Shown here piece by piece: positions 63,418 to 64,000 of a stretch of DNA of 64,000 bases. The position numbers were made by a program, and so were the translations under genes. Source of the stretch: Myxococcota bacterium. Its GTDB lineage: Bacteria > Myxococcota_A > UBA9160 > SMWR01. The DNA lies in NCBI GenBank assembly GCA_035541475.1, contig DATKND010000054.1, positions 4,069 to 68,068 of the forward strand. Reading direction: 5' to 3'. Below the pieces are notes generated by a model, which worked only from the letters and a program-made list of their open reading frames with translations, searched no databases and was not told where the DNA came from. Each line of letters begins with the position of its first letter. Position 1 is the first letter of the stretch.

Positions 63418-64000
63418 GTGTCGCGAACGGCGGTGATCACCGGAGCGGGCGGCGGCATCGGGCTCGCCTGCGCGCGCCGGCTCGGCGCGAGCGGACACCG
63501 ATTGGTGCTGGCCGAGGTGGACGCGCAGCGACTCACAGCGGCCGGGAGCGAACTCGAGAAGGCGGGTCTCTCCGTCGACGGGGTTGGCTGCGACGTCACG
63601 GACGCCGAGGCCGTGCGGCGGCTGGCCGAAGCCTCGTCGGCGGCGGGCGAGCTCGGCTGCCTCGTCCACACGGCCGGCCTCTCGCCGGCCATGGCGTCCG
63701 GCGCTCGCATCCTCGACGTGAACCTCGTCGGAACGGCGCGACTGCTCGAGGCGTTCCTGCCGCTCGCCGAGCGGGGATCGGTGGCGGTCTGCGTCGCGTC
63801 GCAGGCCGGCCATCTCGCGGCCGCCGCCGCCACTCCCGCGATCGACGCGGTGCTCGACGATCCGCTGCGTCCCGACTTCGCGTCGCGCTTCGCGGCGCTC
63901 GGCGCCGCGCTCTCCGAGCCCGCCCCGGCCTACGCCCTGTCGAAGCGCGGCGTGATCCGGCTGGCGTCGCGCTCGGCGCCGGCCTGGGGAGCTCGCGGTG
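63418..64000 (+). CDS. SDR-family oxidoreductase (3' end outside window)
   Basis: My own translation from GTG 63418 gives VSRTAVITGAGGGIGLACARRLG...VHTAGL...YALSKRGV. The frame is open to the window end and is not in the ORF track. Confidence 0.75.
   Translation, partial: MSRTAVITGAGGGIGLACARRLGASGHRLVLAEVDAQRLTAAGSELEKAGLSVDGVGCDVTDAEAVRRLAEASSAAGELGCLVHTAGLSPAMASGARILDVNLVGTARLLEAFLPLAERGSVAVCVASQAGHLAAAAATPAIDAVLDDPLRPDFASRFAALGAALSEPAPAYALSKRGVIRLASRSAPAWGARG

Overview
Very GC-rich bacterial chromosomal segment. Arg/Ala/Gly-rich shadow ORFs occur in all six frames, GTG/TTG starts are common, and 4-nt start/stop overlaps are frequent. Reading by eye, I can support about 65 protein-coding genes, 5 apparently broken genes and a handful of regulatory or structural DNA elements. 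I found no rRNA, tRNA or CRISPR array. Layout: (1) 0-11.4 kb holds two paralogous PAS histidine-kinase modules in convergent orientation. With them are a stand-alone receiver, a receiver-less sigma-54 activator, a FixJ-type regulator, a near-consensus sigma-54 promoter and a palindrome shared by both loci. Decayed genes lie between and beside the modules. (2) 11.9-14.8 kb is a small integrase-bearing islet with a DUF5615/PIN-like gene. (3) 14.8-51.8 kb is mixed housekeeping and accessory content: an octaheme cytochrome-TPR lipoprotein, infA, an acetyl-/formyltransferase pair, an EF-G paralogue plus a KaiC/RecA-like ATPase, and an ArsS-like radical-SAM/DedA/FAD-disulfide-reductase/TerB operon. 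It continues with a split MFE-2, a DUF cassette, GT2 plus an osmoprotectant ABC transporter, an S9 peptidase, heme A synthase, citrate synthase, SulP, YciH, an M16 peptidase pair and RmuC. (4) 51.9 kb to the window end is a CoA-thioester catabolic cluster with two paralogous Rieske oxygenases, each translationally coupled to a small conserved partner ORF. The best candidates for undescribed biology are the ArsS-like four-gene operon, the Rieske-plus-small-partner pairs, the sigma-54/palindrome circuit linking the two kinase loci, and the EF-G/KaiC-like pair. The lineage guess (Myxococcota/deltaproteobacteria-like, from GC, sigma-54 use, PEP-CTERM and multiheme-TPR proteins) is inference only. 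All start codons were chosen by eye, and family names are from motif recognition, not searches.
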